NCBI GenBank assembly: GCA_046757525.1
Contig: JBHHYI010000001.1
Span: 96,001-160,000, forward strand
Length of the DNA stretch: 64,000 bases
Direction of reading: 5' to 3'
DNA from: a bacterium
GTDB lineage: Bacteria > Zhuqueibacterota > Zhuqueibacteria > Oceanimicrobiales > Oceanimicrobiaceae
Shown here: positions 27,033-35,780 of the stretch, one piece after another
Numbering within the stretch: the first letter of the stretch is position 1
Layout: every line of letters begins with the position of its first letter
Translations under genes and position numbers: made by a program
Notes under the pieces: model-generated
Seen by the model: the letters and a program-made list of their open reading frames with translations, nothing else
What the model was told of the DNA's origin: nothing
Databases searched by the model: none

Positions 27033-28409
27033 ATGAAAAAGATACTGGTTGTTGATGACGATCCTCTCATCGGCTTGTCCCTGAAAGAAGCCCTGAAAAG
27101 ATGGGATTACGAGGTCACTCTGATTAATGAAGGTAGCCGGGTAATAGATGCACTGCAAGGGCAAGGGTATGACATGGTTTTCACTGACATGCGCATGCCA
27201 AATGTGACAGGCATGGACGTGTTGGAAAAAGTGCAGCAGTTGTGCCCATCTACCGGCGTCATCATGATTACGGCCTATGGCAGCATCGCTCAGGCCGTGG
27301 AAGCCATGCAGAAAGGCGCCTTCGATTTCATAACCAAGCCCTATTCGCTCCAGAAAATCAAGGCGTGTTTGGACAAGTATTTCTGCATCGCAAAGAATCC
27401 GGACAGTGGCCAGGTTTCACGGGAGACCCGTCTCCCTGTCAAAACTCAGGAAAGATTTGTCGGGGAAAATGTAAGGGTGAAAGAATTGTTCAGGACCCTG
27501 GAGATGGCTTATCATAGCGATGCGCCGGTGTTTATTCAAGGCGAAAGCGGCACCGGCAAAGAGCTCATCGCTGAGGCCATTCACTGCCAAAGTGCACGCA
27601 AGGAAAAACCGTACTTGAGAATCAACTGTGCCGCGCTTCCGGAAAATCTGGTAGAAAGCCAGCTTTTTGGCCACGAGAAAGGGGCCTTTACCGGGGCCAT
27701 TAAGACTTTTAAAGGGTTGTTTGAAGAAGCTGACGGTGGCACCTTGCTTTTGGATGAGATCACCGAAATGCCTCTGAATCTGCAAGCGAAGTTTCTGCGG
27801 GTCCTGCAAGAGGGGGAGTTCTCCAGAGTGGGCAGTACGCGTACCAGAAGAACAGATGTGCGCATTGTTGCGACGACCAACAGCGATGTGCAAGAAGCGA
27901 TCGCGCAGGGCAGATTTCGTCAGGATTTGTACTACCGCCTGGCGGTCCTCTTCTTGCGGGTTCCCCCTTTGCGCGAACGAAAGGATGACATCCCTTTGCT
28001 ATGTGAATACTTTCTCAAAAAGTATGGTGAGAAATATTCTAACAAGGTCAAAGGCATAGACCAGGAGGCTATTAGATTCCTCTCTCAACATGCATGGCCT
28101 GGCAATGTGCGCGAATTGGAAAACATCATCCAGAGAAGTGTGTTGAGTTGTCGGAATGGAGAAGAGATCGGTCTGCAGCACGTTCAAGAGTTGCTAACCG
28201 TTGACGCAGCGGCCGGAGGTGAACGCTTGGGCTGCAACGAAGACCTGAGCCTGGAAGAAATGGAAAAGCGGCTAATCGCGGCGACGTTGCAAAGATACCG
28301 ATTTCACAAAACCAGGACCGCGGAAATCCTGGGGGTTACACTGAAAACTTTGAGAAACAAAATTCTTCAATATGGTCTGGAAACCGTACCCGTAAAAACT
28401 ACCACTTGA
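27033..28409 (+). CDS. sigma54-dependent response regulator, FleR/FlrC/FlgR-like
   Basis: REC domain, GESGTGKE, GAFTGA, WPGNVREL, Fis-type HTH. Confidence 0.95.
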   Translation: MKKILVVDDDPLIGLSLKEALKRWDYEVTLINEGSRVIDALQGQGYDMVFTDMRMPNVTGMDVLEKVQQLCPSTGVIMITAYGSIAQAVEAMQKGAFDFITKPYSLQKIKACLDKYFCIAKNPDSGQVSRETRLPVKTQERFVGENVRVKELFRTLEMAYHSDAPVFIQGESGTGKELIAEAIHCQSARKEKPYLRINCAALPENLVESQLFGHEKGAFTGAIKTFKGLFEEADGGTLLLDEITEMPLNLQAKFLRVLQEGEFSRVGSTRTRRTDVRIVATTNSDVQEAIAQGRFRQDLYYRLAVLFLRVPPLRERKDDIPLLCEYFLKKYGEKYSNKVKGIDQEAIRFLSQHAWPGNVRELENIIQRSVLSCRNGEEIGLQHVQELLTVDAAAGGERLGCNEDLSLEEMEKRLIAATLQRYRFHKTRTAEILGVTLKTLRNKILQYGLETVPVKTTT

Positions 28410-28425
28410 CTCGTAGCTTTTACGG
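28390..28425. promoter_or_regulatory. putative activator enhancer for the flgB promoter
   Basis: CCGTAAAAACTACCA plus inverted copy GTAGCTTTTACGG; same core recurs upstream of flgF. Confidence 0.65.
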
Positions 28426-28543
28426 CCTCGACTCCAGGCAACACCGGTGGCAAATTTTCGAAGAAGGTAGAATGGACCGAGCATAAGTTATTATTTTTAA
28501 AGCAATATTACCCACAATTACCTGGCCAGACTCTTTGAGTTTC

Positions 28544-28563
28544 GTGCCTGGCATATTAGTTGC
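28544..28563 (+). promoter_or_regulatory. sigma54 promoter (flgB operon)
   Basis: TGGCAT-ATTAG-TTGC; GG(28550)-N10-GC(28562). Confidence 0.88.
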
Positions 28564-28595
28564 CTGAACAGGAAAAAAATAGGAGCACCCTAAGG

Positions 28596-28991
28596 ATGAA
28601 GATCGATTCTTTGGAAAAAACGCTCGTTCCGCTGTTGAAAAAAAGCCTGGATGCCTACAGCGTGCGGCAACAGGCGATTACCGAGAATATTGCCAACATA
28701 GACACCCCGGGTTATAAACCGATCAAGGTCAGCTTTGAAGAAAAACTGCGCCACCTGCTGAACAGGAATCTCGATGTCAAGACCGGAAATCTGCGCCACA
28801 TGGATTCAGGCGCCAACCTATTGCAAAATGACCCATCGCTCTTTGAGGTCACGAAGGAAGCCACAGACGTTAATCTTGAGGATCAAATGGCAGAGTTAGC
28901 CAAGAACCAGATACGATTCGAATTTGCGACCAGGATGTTGAACCGAACTTACGAAATGATTCGTGCCAGCATAACGGGCCACGTAAGATGA
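28596..28991 (+). CDS. flgB: flagellar rod protein FlgB
   Basis: RQQAITENIANIDTPGYK, VNLEDQMAELAKNQI; ATG 28596 is downstream of the promoter. Confidence 0.95.
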   Translation: MKIDSLEKTLVPLLKKSLDAYSVRQQAITENIANIDTPGYKPIKVSFEEKLRHLLNRNLDVKTGNLRHMDSGANLLQNDPSLFEVTKEATDVNLEDQMAELAKNQIRFEFATRMLNRTYEMIRASITGHVR

Positions 28992-29024
28992 TATTCAGAG
29001 AAAACCTGAAAGGGAGTCTCGCAC

Positions 29025-29519
29025 ATGAATGATTTATTCTCCGTGTTAAAAATTGGTTCGGATGCGCTCAATGCACAGAAGAAGCAGCTATCCATTACAG
29101 CCGAAAACATTGCCAATGCCAGCACCACGCGCACGAGTGCAGGTACGCCCTACAAGCGCAAGTTTCTGGTAAAGAAGGCCATTTCGAACCCGCCAATGTT
29201 TCCAAGCCTTTTGTACCGCGCAAGAACCAGGCTGAGGACGGCAAATCCGGAACACATTGCTTCCGCCCGTTACCAGCCAGGAGGAGGTGCAACCCTTGGC
29301 AGTGAAGAGCTTGAAACGCAGGTTCTGGAAAAGGCTCAGTTCAAGAAGATTTACGATCCCGGCCATCCGGACGCGGGTGCCGATGGGTTTGTCGAATATC
29401 CCGACATCAATGTGGTTATGGAAATGCTCGAGCTGATTAGTACGAGTCGTGCTTATGAAGCAAACATCACCGTGATGAACACAGCAAAGACGCTGGCCAA
29501 GAGAGCCCTGGAGATTTAG
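29025..29519 (+). CDS. flgC: flagellar rod protein FlgC
   Basis: ENIANASTTR, PYKRK, YDPGHPDA, RAYEAN. Confidence 0.97.
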   Translation: MNDLFSVLKIGSDALNAQKKQLSITAENIANASTTRTSAGTPYKRKFLVKKAISNPPMFPSLLYRARTRLRTANPEHIASARYQPGGGATLGSEELETQVLEKAQFKKIYDPGHPDAGADGFVEYPDINVVMEMLELISTSRAYEANITVMNTAKTLAKRALEI

Positions 29520-29530
29520 GAGAACAAAAA

Positions 29531-29815
29531 GTGAGCACGATTAAACCCGCGGTATTCCCCAACATCAGCCGCCATGCCGTCAATCGGCCAAACGAGCACG
29601 CGGACATCCTAAGGTCTGGCAACGCCAGGGAAGTCGAACCAGGAAAGTCGGCCGTTCGTCACGACGCGTCAGGTTCGATTGAAGACAGGCGTGGTGCCGA
29701 ACCATTAAACCAAACCAGGACAGCAGAAGGGAAAACGATCAAGTTTTATCGACCCAACAAAGTCAAGATTCAAAAACCGGTGGTGCTGGGAACGTACATC
29801 GACATCAAAGTGTGA
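29531..29815 (+). CDS. small protein ending LGTYIDIKV
   Basis: AGGAG RBS; fills flgC-fliE gap. Confidence 0.7.
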   Translation: MSTIKPAVFPNISRHAVNRPNEHADILRSGNAREVEPGKSAVRHDASGSIEDRRGAEPLNQTRTAEGKTIKFYRPNKVKIQKPVVLGTYIDIKV

Positions 29816-29836
29816 CCAATTGGGAAGTGAGTAAAC

Positions 29837-30139
29837 ATGGCTAAAATAAATCCTCTGCAACAACAGCAAATCAACGAAGCCATTGGGCAAACGTCTGCGG
29901 GGTCCAATGAGACCGGCGCCGCAAAGTTTTCTACCACGCTGAAAGATATGATCAACAAGGTTGACGAACTGCAGAAGAGCTCCGACCAGGCTACCACAGA
30001 CTTCATATCAGGTAAAGACGCCGACATCCACGAGGTGATGGCTGCGGTCGAGGAGGCGCAGTTGAGTTTTCAACTGATGATGGAAATCCGCAACAAACTG
30101 CTGGATTCTTACCAGGAAATCATGCGGATGCAAGTTTAA
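29837..30139 (+). CDS. fliE: hook-basal body protein FliE
   Basis: DIHEVM, EIRNKLLDSYQEIMRMQV. Confidence 0.97.
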   Translation: MAKINPLQQQQINEAIGQTSAGSNETGAAKFSTTLKDMINKVDELQKSSDQATTDFISGKDADIHEVMAAVEEAQLSFQLMMEIRNKLLDSYQEIMRMQV

Positions 30140-30165
30140 TGAACGAACAAATCTGAGGAGCCTTT

Positions 30166-31710
30166 TTGAACAACAAACTACTACAACAGATGAAGGCGGC
30201 GCTGGAACGGTTTACTGTTGGGCAGAAAATTGCGCTCGCCGCCATAACCGCTTTGGCGCTTTTCGGCATATTGTTCTTGTTGGTTTGGGCTAACCGGCCT
30301 GAGTTTGGGCTTCTGTATTCGAACCTCGATGCAGCAGATGCTTCGGCCATTGTGGATGACTTAAAGAGCAGCAACATCCCCTATAAACTAAAGGATGGGG
30401 GCAAAACCATTTTGGTTGCAAAGAAAGACATCTACGAATTACGCATCAAATACGCGGGTCAGAAATTAATCTCCAGTGGCACCGTGGGCTATGAGCTCTT
30501 CGACAAAAACAATCTGGGGATGACGGATTTCATGCAGAAAGTAAATCTGAAAAGAGCTATTGAAGGGGAGTTGACCAAGACCATCAACCAAATTGAAGCC
30601 ATTCAACAATCCCGAGTGCACCTGGTAATGCCTGAACCTGCATTGTTTGAAGAGCAAGAACAAAAGGCCACCGCCTCGGTGATCATCAAGCTAAACACCA
30701 ATGCCGGACTCAACCGGAAGCAAATTCTGGGAATCACCCACATGGTCGCCGGCAGTGTTGAAGGACTGACTCCTGACAATGTCACCATCGTGGACACCAA
30801 AGGCAACATCCTGACCAGTTTAGAGGCAGGCGATGATGATGTGGCCTTGACTAACAGCAATTTCGAGTTGAAACAAAAAGTGGAAAAATATATAGGACAA
30901 AAGGCCCAGAGCATGTTGGATCAAGTGTTGGGCAAGGGCAATGCCATCGTCAAGGTCTCGGCAGAGCTTAACTTTCAGAAAGTACGACGAACCTCCGAAA
31001 CCTATGATCCCGACAATACGGCTGTGTTAAGCGAAGAACGCAACGAGGAACGTTCAAGCCGGCAGGACACCACCCAATTTCAGCGCGAGAATGTGATCAC
31101 CAATTACCAGGTCAACAAGACATTGGAAGAAGTCAACGGGAGCGTTGGAGACATCGAAAGGCTTTCTGTGGCGATTTTTGTCAATGGCATCTACCAGGAC
31201 GACCAATACGTCCCCCGTTCTGACGAAGAAATGCAGAAGATCGCTGACATTGTAAAGCCTGCCGTGGGTTTTCGGGCAGACCGAAAGGATCAGATCGTTG
31301 TGCACCAGTTGAATTTTGATCGATCGTTCATCAACCAGGAACAAGAGGCATTGGAAACGCTGTCGAACAAGGAGTTTCGCCTGCAACTGGTGCGCGGCGG
31401 ATTGGTCGCTTTGGGTGGCCTGCTGGTGCTGTTGATGCTGCGTTCTCTGTTCAGGAAATTTGGTGGAGAAGTCATGGCAGGATTTCAGGCACCGCAACTG
31501 CTTGAAGGACCCCGGGAATCCTCGCAACGGCTGCTCGCAGGTGAACATGCCATTGATATTCAAGACGACATCTACTCAAAAAAATTGTCACCGGAGGCTG
31601 CGGCCAAACTCCAGGCGCGGGATAAAGTGACCAAGGATGTGGTCTCTTTTGCGGAACAAGACCCTGAGCGATCGGCCCGCGTCTTGAGGTACTGGTTGCT
31701 GGAGAATTAA
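30166..31710 (+). CDS. fliF: MS-ring protein FliF
   Basis: GYELFD, RAIEGEL, RVHLVMP; two TM. Confidence 0.97.
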   Translation: MNNKLLQQMKAALERFTVGQKIALAAITALALFGILFLLVWANRPEFGLLYSNLDAADASAIVDDLKSSNIPYKLKDGGKTILVAKKDIYELRIKYAGQKLISSGTVGYELFDKNNLGMTDFMQKVNLKRAIEGELTKTINQIEAIQQSRVHLVMPEPALFEEQEQKATASVIIKLNTNAGLNRKQILGITHMVAGSVEGLTPDNVTIVDTKGNILTSLEAGDDDVALTNSNFELKQKVEKYIGQKAQSMLDQVLGKGNAIVKVSAELNFQKVRRTSETYDPDNTAVLSEERNEERSSRQDTTQFQRENVITNYQVNKTLEEVNGSVGDIERLSVAIFVNGIYQDDQYVPRSDEEMQKIADIVKPAVGFRADRKDQIVVHQLNFDRSFINQEQEALETLSNKEFRLQLVRGGLVALGGLLVLLMLRSLFRKFGGEVMAGFQAPQLLEGPRESSQRLLAGEHAIDIQDDIYSKKLSPEAAAKLQARDKVTKDVVSFAEQDPERSARVLRYWLLEN

Positions 31711-31728
31711 TTTACTGAAGGGTAACAG

Positions 31729-32739
31729 ATGTTCAAAGGTGAAGAAAAACTCAGCGGTGTCAGGAAAGTCGCCATCTTTTTAATTGCTCTGGGTGTTAAC
31801 CATGCCACCCCGTTGTTAAAGAATTTGACCGAAGATGAGCTGGAGACCGTCACCGTGGAAATTGCGAAGCTAAAAAATCTCTCCCCCGAAATCGTGGGTA
31901 GGATTCTCATGGAATATTATGAGCTGATGATGGCTGAGAGATACACAACCCAGGGCGGTTTGGGATTTGCTGAGGATATGCTTAAACAGGCCATTGGTTC
32001 AGACAAAGCCCGCGACCTCCTGATGAAAGTCAAATCGGCTGTTGAAATGACTGGTTTCAACTTACTGCAAACCGTGAATCCCAACGACCTGTTGAATTTC
32101 TTGCAGAAAGAACACCCACAAACCATCGCTTTACTATTGGCCAATATGAAGACCCGTCAGGCGGCTGAGATTTTGTCCGACTTGCCAACGGAGTTGCAGG
32201 CGGAAGTCGCCTACAGGCTCGCTACTATGGGTAAGACCTCCCCGGAACTGCTGAAGGAAATTGAAGAAGCATTGACCTTGCAGATGGAAGGCGTCTTTGG
32301 CGGACAATTGATGGGCAGCGGCGGCGTCAAGGCCGTTGCGGAGATTCTAAACGCGGCCAGTCGAGCAGCGGAAACCAACATTCTGGAAATCCTGGTGCAG
32401 AAGAATCCCGAACTTGCCTCAGAAATAAACAAGCTGATGTTTGTCTTTGATGACCTGGTGAGGTTGAGAGACAGAGACATACAAAGAATCTTAAAAGACG
32501 TTGACAACAAAACGCTGGCCATGGCTTTAAAGATTTCGTCAGACAAGTTACAGGAAAAATTATTCAAGAACCTGTCGCAGCAGGCGGCAGAGGCCCTAAA
32601 GGAAGAAATTGAATATCTGGGTCCAGTGCGCGTCAAGGAAGTAGAGGAGGCGCAGTGGAACATTCTCGAGCATGTGCAGGAATTGGAAAATTCTGGCGAA
32701 ATCCTGGGCCGGGTCAGTTCAGATGATTTTATCGAGTAG
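31729..32739 (+). CDS. fliG: motor switch protein FliG
   Basis: EHPQTIAL, GGVKAVAEILN, MFVFDDL, GPVRVKEVEEAQ. Confidence 0.97.
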   Translation: MFKGEEKLSGVRKVAIFLIALGVNHATPLLKNLTEDELETVTVEIAKLKNLSPEIVGRILMEYYELMMAERYTTQGGLGFAEDMLKQAIGSDKARDLLMKVKSAVEMTGFNLLQTVNPNDLLNFLQKEHPQTIALLLANMKTRQAAEILSDLPTELQAEVAYRLATMGKTSPELLKEIEEALTLQMEGVFGGQLMGSGGVKAVAEILNAASRAAETNILEILVQKNPELASEINKLMFVFDDLVRLRDRDIQRILKDVDNKTLAMALKISSDKLQEKLFKNLSQQAAEALKEEIEYLGPVRVKEVEEAQWNILEHVQELENSGEILGRVSSDDFIE

Positions 32740-32746
32740 GTGAGAG

Positions 32747-33445
32747 ATGTTAATCAAAGCCGAAAACCATAACCAGAGCAACAAGTTTAAGATCTACGAT
32801 TTCAGAACTCTCATTGAAGAGAAGGACCGCCTGGTTGAAAACCATGCGGGCGAATACCAACCTTCCGACACTAATGGTGTGTCGTCCTCCAGGCTGTTTG
32901 AACAGAAATTGCAGGAAACCTACGACAGCGCATTCAATGATGGATTGCAGCAAGGCGAAAAAACAGGCTTTGAAAAGGGCTTGCGGTCCGTGGAAGGTGA
33001 GATCAAGTCATTGACCGACTTAGTTGGCAGCATTGCCCGGCAACAGCAAGAAATCTTGTCGAAATCCGAACAGTTTGTAGTTGATTTCGCTCTGAAAGTT
33101 GTAGAAAAAATCCTGGGCGTGGAGGAAATTTCAAACCTCAGAATTGATGAGAACAAATTGCGAAGGATCATCGGTGAGGCTTTAAATCAGTTTGCGGAGT
33201 CAACCAAATACAATATCCGGGTACATCGCGATTCTGCCGAGACCATCGAAAAGTACAAATCGCAAATATTCGACACTCTTCCCCGGCACGTGGAGCTTTC
33301 CGTTACGGCCGACCCGTCGCTGAAACCAAGCGAGTATCTGATCGAATCGGAACACGGCGTCATCGACGCAAGAATCGCAACCCAGCTCAATGAAATCAAG
33401 AATGTCGTGACAAAGTCTAAGGCAAATGGCAGCACAATTCAATAA
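32747..33445 (+). CDS. fliH: flagellar assembly protein FliH
   Basis: GxxxG repeats, IESEHGVIDARI; position. Confidence 0.9.
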   Translation: MLIKAENHNQSNKFKIYDFRTLIEEKDRLVENHAGEYQPSDTNGVSSSRLFEQKLQETYDSAFNDGLQQGEKTGFEKGLRSVEGEIKSLTDLVGSIARQQQEILSKSEQFVVDFALKVVEKILGVEEISNLRIDENKLRRIIGEALNQFAESTKYNIRVHRDSAETIEKYKSQIFDTLPRHVELSVTADPSLKPSEYLIESEHGVIDARIATQLNEIKNVVTKSKANGSTIQ

Positions 33446-34745
33446 ATATTTCGAAAATCTGAAGGCCGTCCGGCCTTACAAGATTTTGGGGCAGGTCAAC
33501 AAGATCATTGGGCAGGTCATCGAATCTAACGGCCCGGTGACTGCCATCGGTGAAATGTGCCAAATCATTTCAAAAAACGGTAGAAGCATCCAGGCAGAGG
33601 TGGTGGGCTTCAGGGACAACAGAGTCATGCTGGTGCCCCTGGAGGAAACCGTGGGCATCGAACCCGGCAGCTACGTTTCCATCAACGATGTACCATTTAC
33701 CATCGGGGTTGGACGTGAACTCCTGGGAAGGATACTCGACGGTACAGCCAAACCCCTGGACGGGAAAGGTCCTGTCCAAACCAGATGCCACCAACCCGTG
33801 CACAGCGCACCGTTGAATCCATTGAAGCGCAAGCGAATTGCAGACCCCCTGGCCACCGGGATCAGGACGATCGACGGCTTGTTGACCTGTGGCAAGGGCC
33901 AACGGGTAGGGATTTTCGCCGGCAGCGGCGTGGGTAAGAGCATTTTGTTGGGCATGATTGCCAGGAATACCAGCGCAGACGTCAATGTCATAGGACTCAT
34001 TGGCGAAAGAGGCCGCGAAGTGAGGGACTTCATCGAAAGGGATTTGGGCGAAGAAGGACTCAGTCGTTCCGTGGTGGTCACGGTGACCTCAGAGAAGGCC
34101 GCTTTTTTGCGCGTGAAAGGCGCGTTAATCGTGACGGCAATTGCTGAGTACTTTGCCAGCCTGGGATTGCACGTTTTGCTGATGATGGACTCTTTAACGC
34201 GGGTGGCCATGGCGCAGCGCGAGGTAGGACTCGCGGTCGGGGAACCCCCAACTTCAAAAGGGTACACCCCTTCGGTGTTCGCCATGCTCCCTAAACTCTT
34301 AGAACGGGCGGGAAATCTCCAGAATGGCAGCATCACGGGAATCTACACCGTTTTGGTTGAGAACGACGACATGAACGATCCCATCGCCGACACCGTACGC
34401 TCCATTTTGGATGGCCACATTGTCCTCTCCAGGAAAATAGCCCAGAGTGGACATTATCCCGCCATCGATGTTTTGCAGAGCGTGAGCCGAGTCATGATCG
34501 ACATCATTTCCAGCAGCCATTTGCAGAACGCCAACAAAATTAAAGAAATCCTGGCGACCTACCAGGAATCTGAGGATTTGCTGAATATCGGTGCTTATGT
34601 CAAAGGGAGCAATGCACGGATTGATTACGCAGTTTCGATGATTGACAAGATTCACGATTATCAAAAACAGACCGTCAACGAGAAAGCTGCATTTGAAGAC
34701 AGTCTGAGGCAACTGCAGGCGTTGTTGTCGAATGAGAGACCATAA
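33426..34745 (+). CDS. fliI: flagellar export ATPase FliI
   Basis: FAGSGVGKS, GERGREV, DSLTR, LDGHIVLSR. Confidence 0.97.
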   Translation: MAAQFNKYFENLKAVRPYKILGQVNKIIGQVIESNGPVTAIGEMCQIISKNGRSIQAEVVGFRDNRVMLVPLEETVGIEPGSYVSINDVPFTIGVGRELLGRILDGTAKPLDGKGPVQTRCHQPVHSAPLNPLKRKRIADPLATGIRTIDGLLTCGKGQRVGIFAGSGVGKSILLGMIARNTSADVNVIGLIGERGREVRDFIERDLGEEGLSRSVVVTVTSEKAAFLRVKGALIVTAIAEYFASLGLHVLLMMDSLTRVAMAQREVGLAVGEPPTSKGYTPSVFAMLPKLLERAGNLQNGSITGIYTVLVENDDMNDPIADTVRSILDGHIVLSRKIAQSGHYPAIDVLQSVSRVMIDIISSSHLQNANKIKEILATYQESEDLLNIGAYVKGSNARIDYAVSMIDKIHDYQKQTVNEKAAFEDSLRQLQALLSNERP

Positions 34746-34768
34746 ATGAGACCTGGAGGCCCATTACA

Positions 34769-35209
34769 TTGAAAAGGAAAGACTTTCGCTTGCAAAAAGT
34801 CCTGGAAATTCAGGAGTTGTTGGAGAAGCAGCAACAAAGGGACCTGGCCGTGTTTAAACAAAAGCTTAAGGCTTTTGAAGCCGAACTGGTGAAGATTCAG
34901 GCCAGGAAGAACAGTCTGACTCTTAATTTGCTCGACATCGATCAGGTGCCGGTCGCACGAATGCTGAACTACTACGATTATTTGAGCGCCCTTTCAGAAA
35001 AAATCATGGCGCAGCATAGTACGATAGGCGAATTGAGAATAGAGATGGAGCAGCAACGGCAGAAACTACTCCAGGCTACCAAAGACAAGAAAATGCTTGA
35101 AACCTTGAAAGAAAGATTTGTTGCCGGACTCCGATTCGAGCAACACAAGAACGAACAAATTCTGATGGAAGAAATTGCAGCGAGAAAGAACTTCTCATTT
35201 CTAACTTGA
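34769..35209 (+). CDS. fliJ: export chaperone FliJ
   Basis: FRLQKVLE; coiled coil; follows fliI. Confidence 0.9.
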   Translation: MKRKDFRLQKVLEIQELLEKQQQRDLAVFKQKLKAFEAELVKIQARKNSLTLNLLDIDQVPVARMLNYYDYLSALSEKIMAQHSTIGELRIEMEQQRQKLLQATKDKKMLETLKERFVAGLRFEQHKNEQILMEEIAARKNFSFLT

Positions 35210-35234
35210 TTCATGAAGTAACTGAAGCTTGGCA

Positions 35235-35765
35235 ATGGTAAAGACCCTACTGATTTGGACACTCTTTTTTACAACGACCTTAGCTGGGTTCACCGCGGCC
35301 TTTTATTTCGGCCGCGACAAGATATTGCCCCGGTCAAAGAGATCGCAAACACTGCGGGGTCTGAACATTGCGGTGGATGACTCTGCGTCAGGGGCGGGGG
35401 TCGACTCTCTAACGATGGTTACAAACGAGCTTCTGACCCAACTGAAGGACTACGTCACGCAAGCAAAGCAAAATGCCAAGGTGATCGCGTTGCAGAAGAA
35501 ACAGATAGAATTGTTGCGCGCCACCAACGACTCCCTGCGGCAGCAGTTGCAAAGCCGCCAGCTTGCAAACAACAGGATTCAGGACCTTACCAAAACTTTA
35601 GGGGCCATGAAAGTAGACGTCCTGGAACCTATTCTTGAAAATTTGCCGGACGAGACCATTCAAATTCTGTACGACAAAGCCAAAAGTAAAGACAAAGAAA
35701 AGATTTTTAACGCGGTTAATCCCAAAAGAGCCGGCAGACTGCTAAGACTCATGACGAAAATCTGA
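35235..35765 (+). CDS. MotE/FlbB-like protein (TM, coiled coil, MgtE-N-like helices)
   Basis: N-terminal TM; helical C-terminus ending PKRAGRLL; position fliJ-fliK. Confidence 0.7.
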   Translation: MVKTLLIWTLFFTTTLAGFTAAFYFGRDKILPRSKRSQTLRGLNIAVDDSASGAGVDSLTMVTNELLTQLKDYVTQAKQNAKVIALQKKQIELLRATNDSLRQQLQSRQLANNRIQDLTKTLGAMKVDVLEPILENLPDETIQILYDKAKSKDKEKIFNAVNPKRAGRLLRLMTKI

Positions 35766-35780
35766 GGTAAGGACTGAAGA

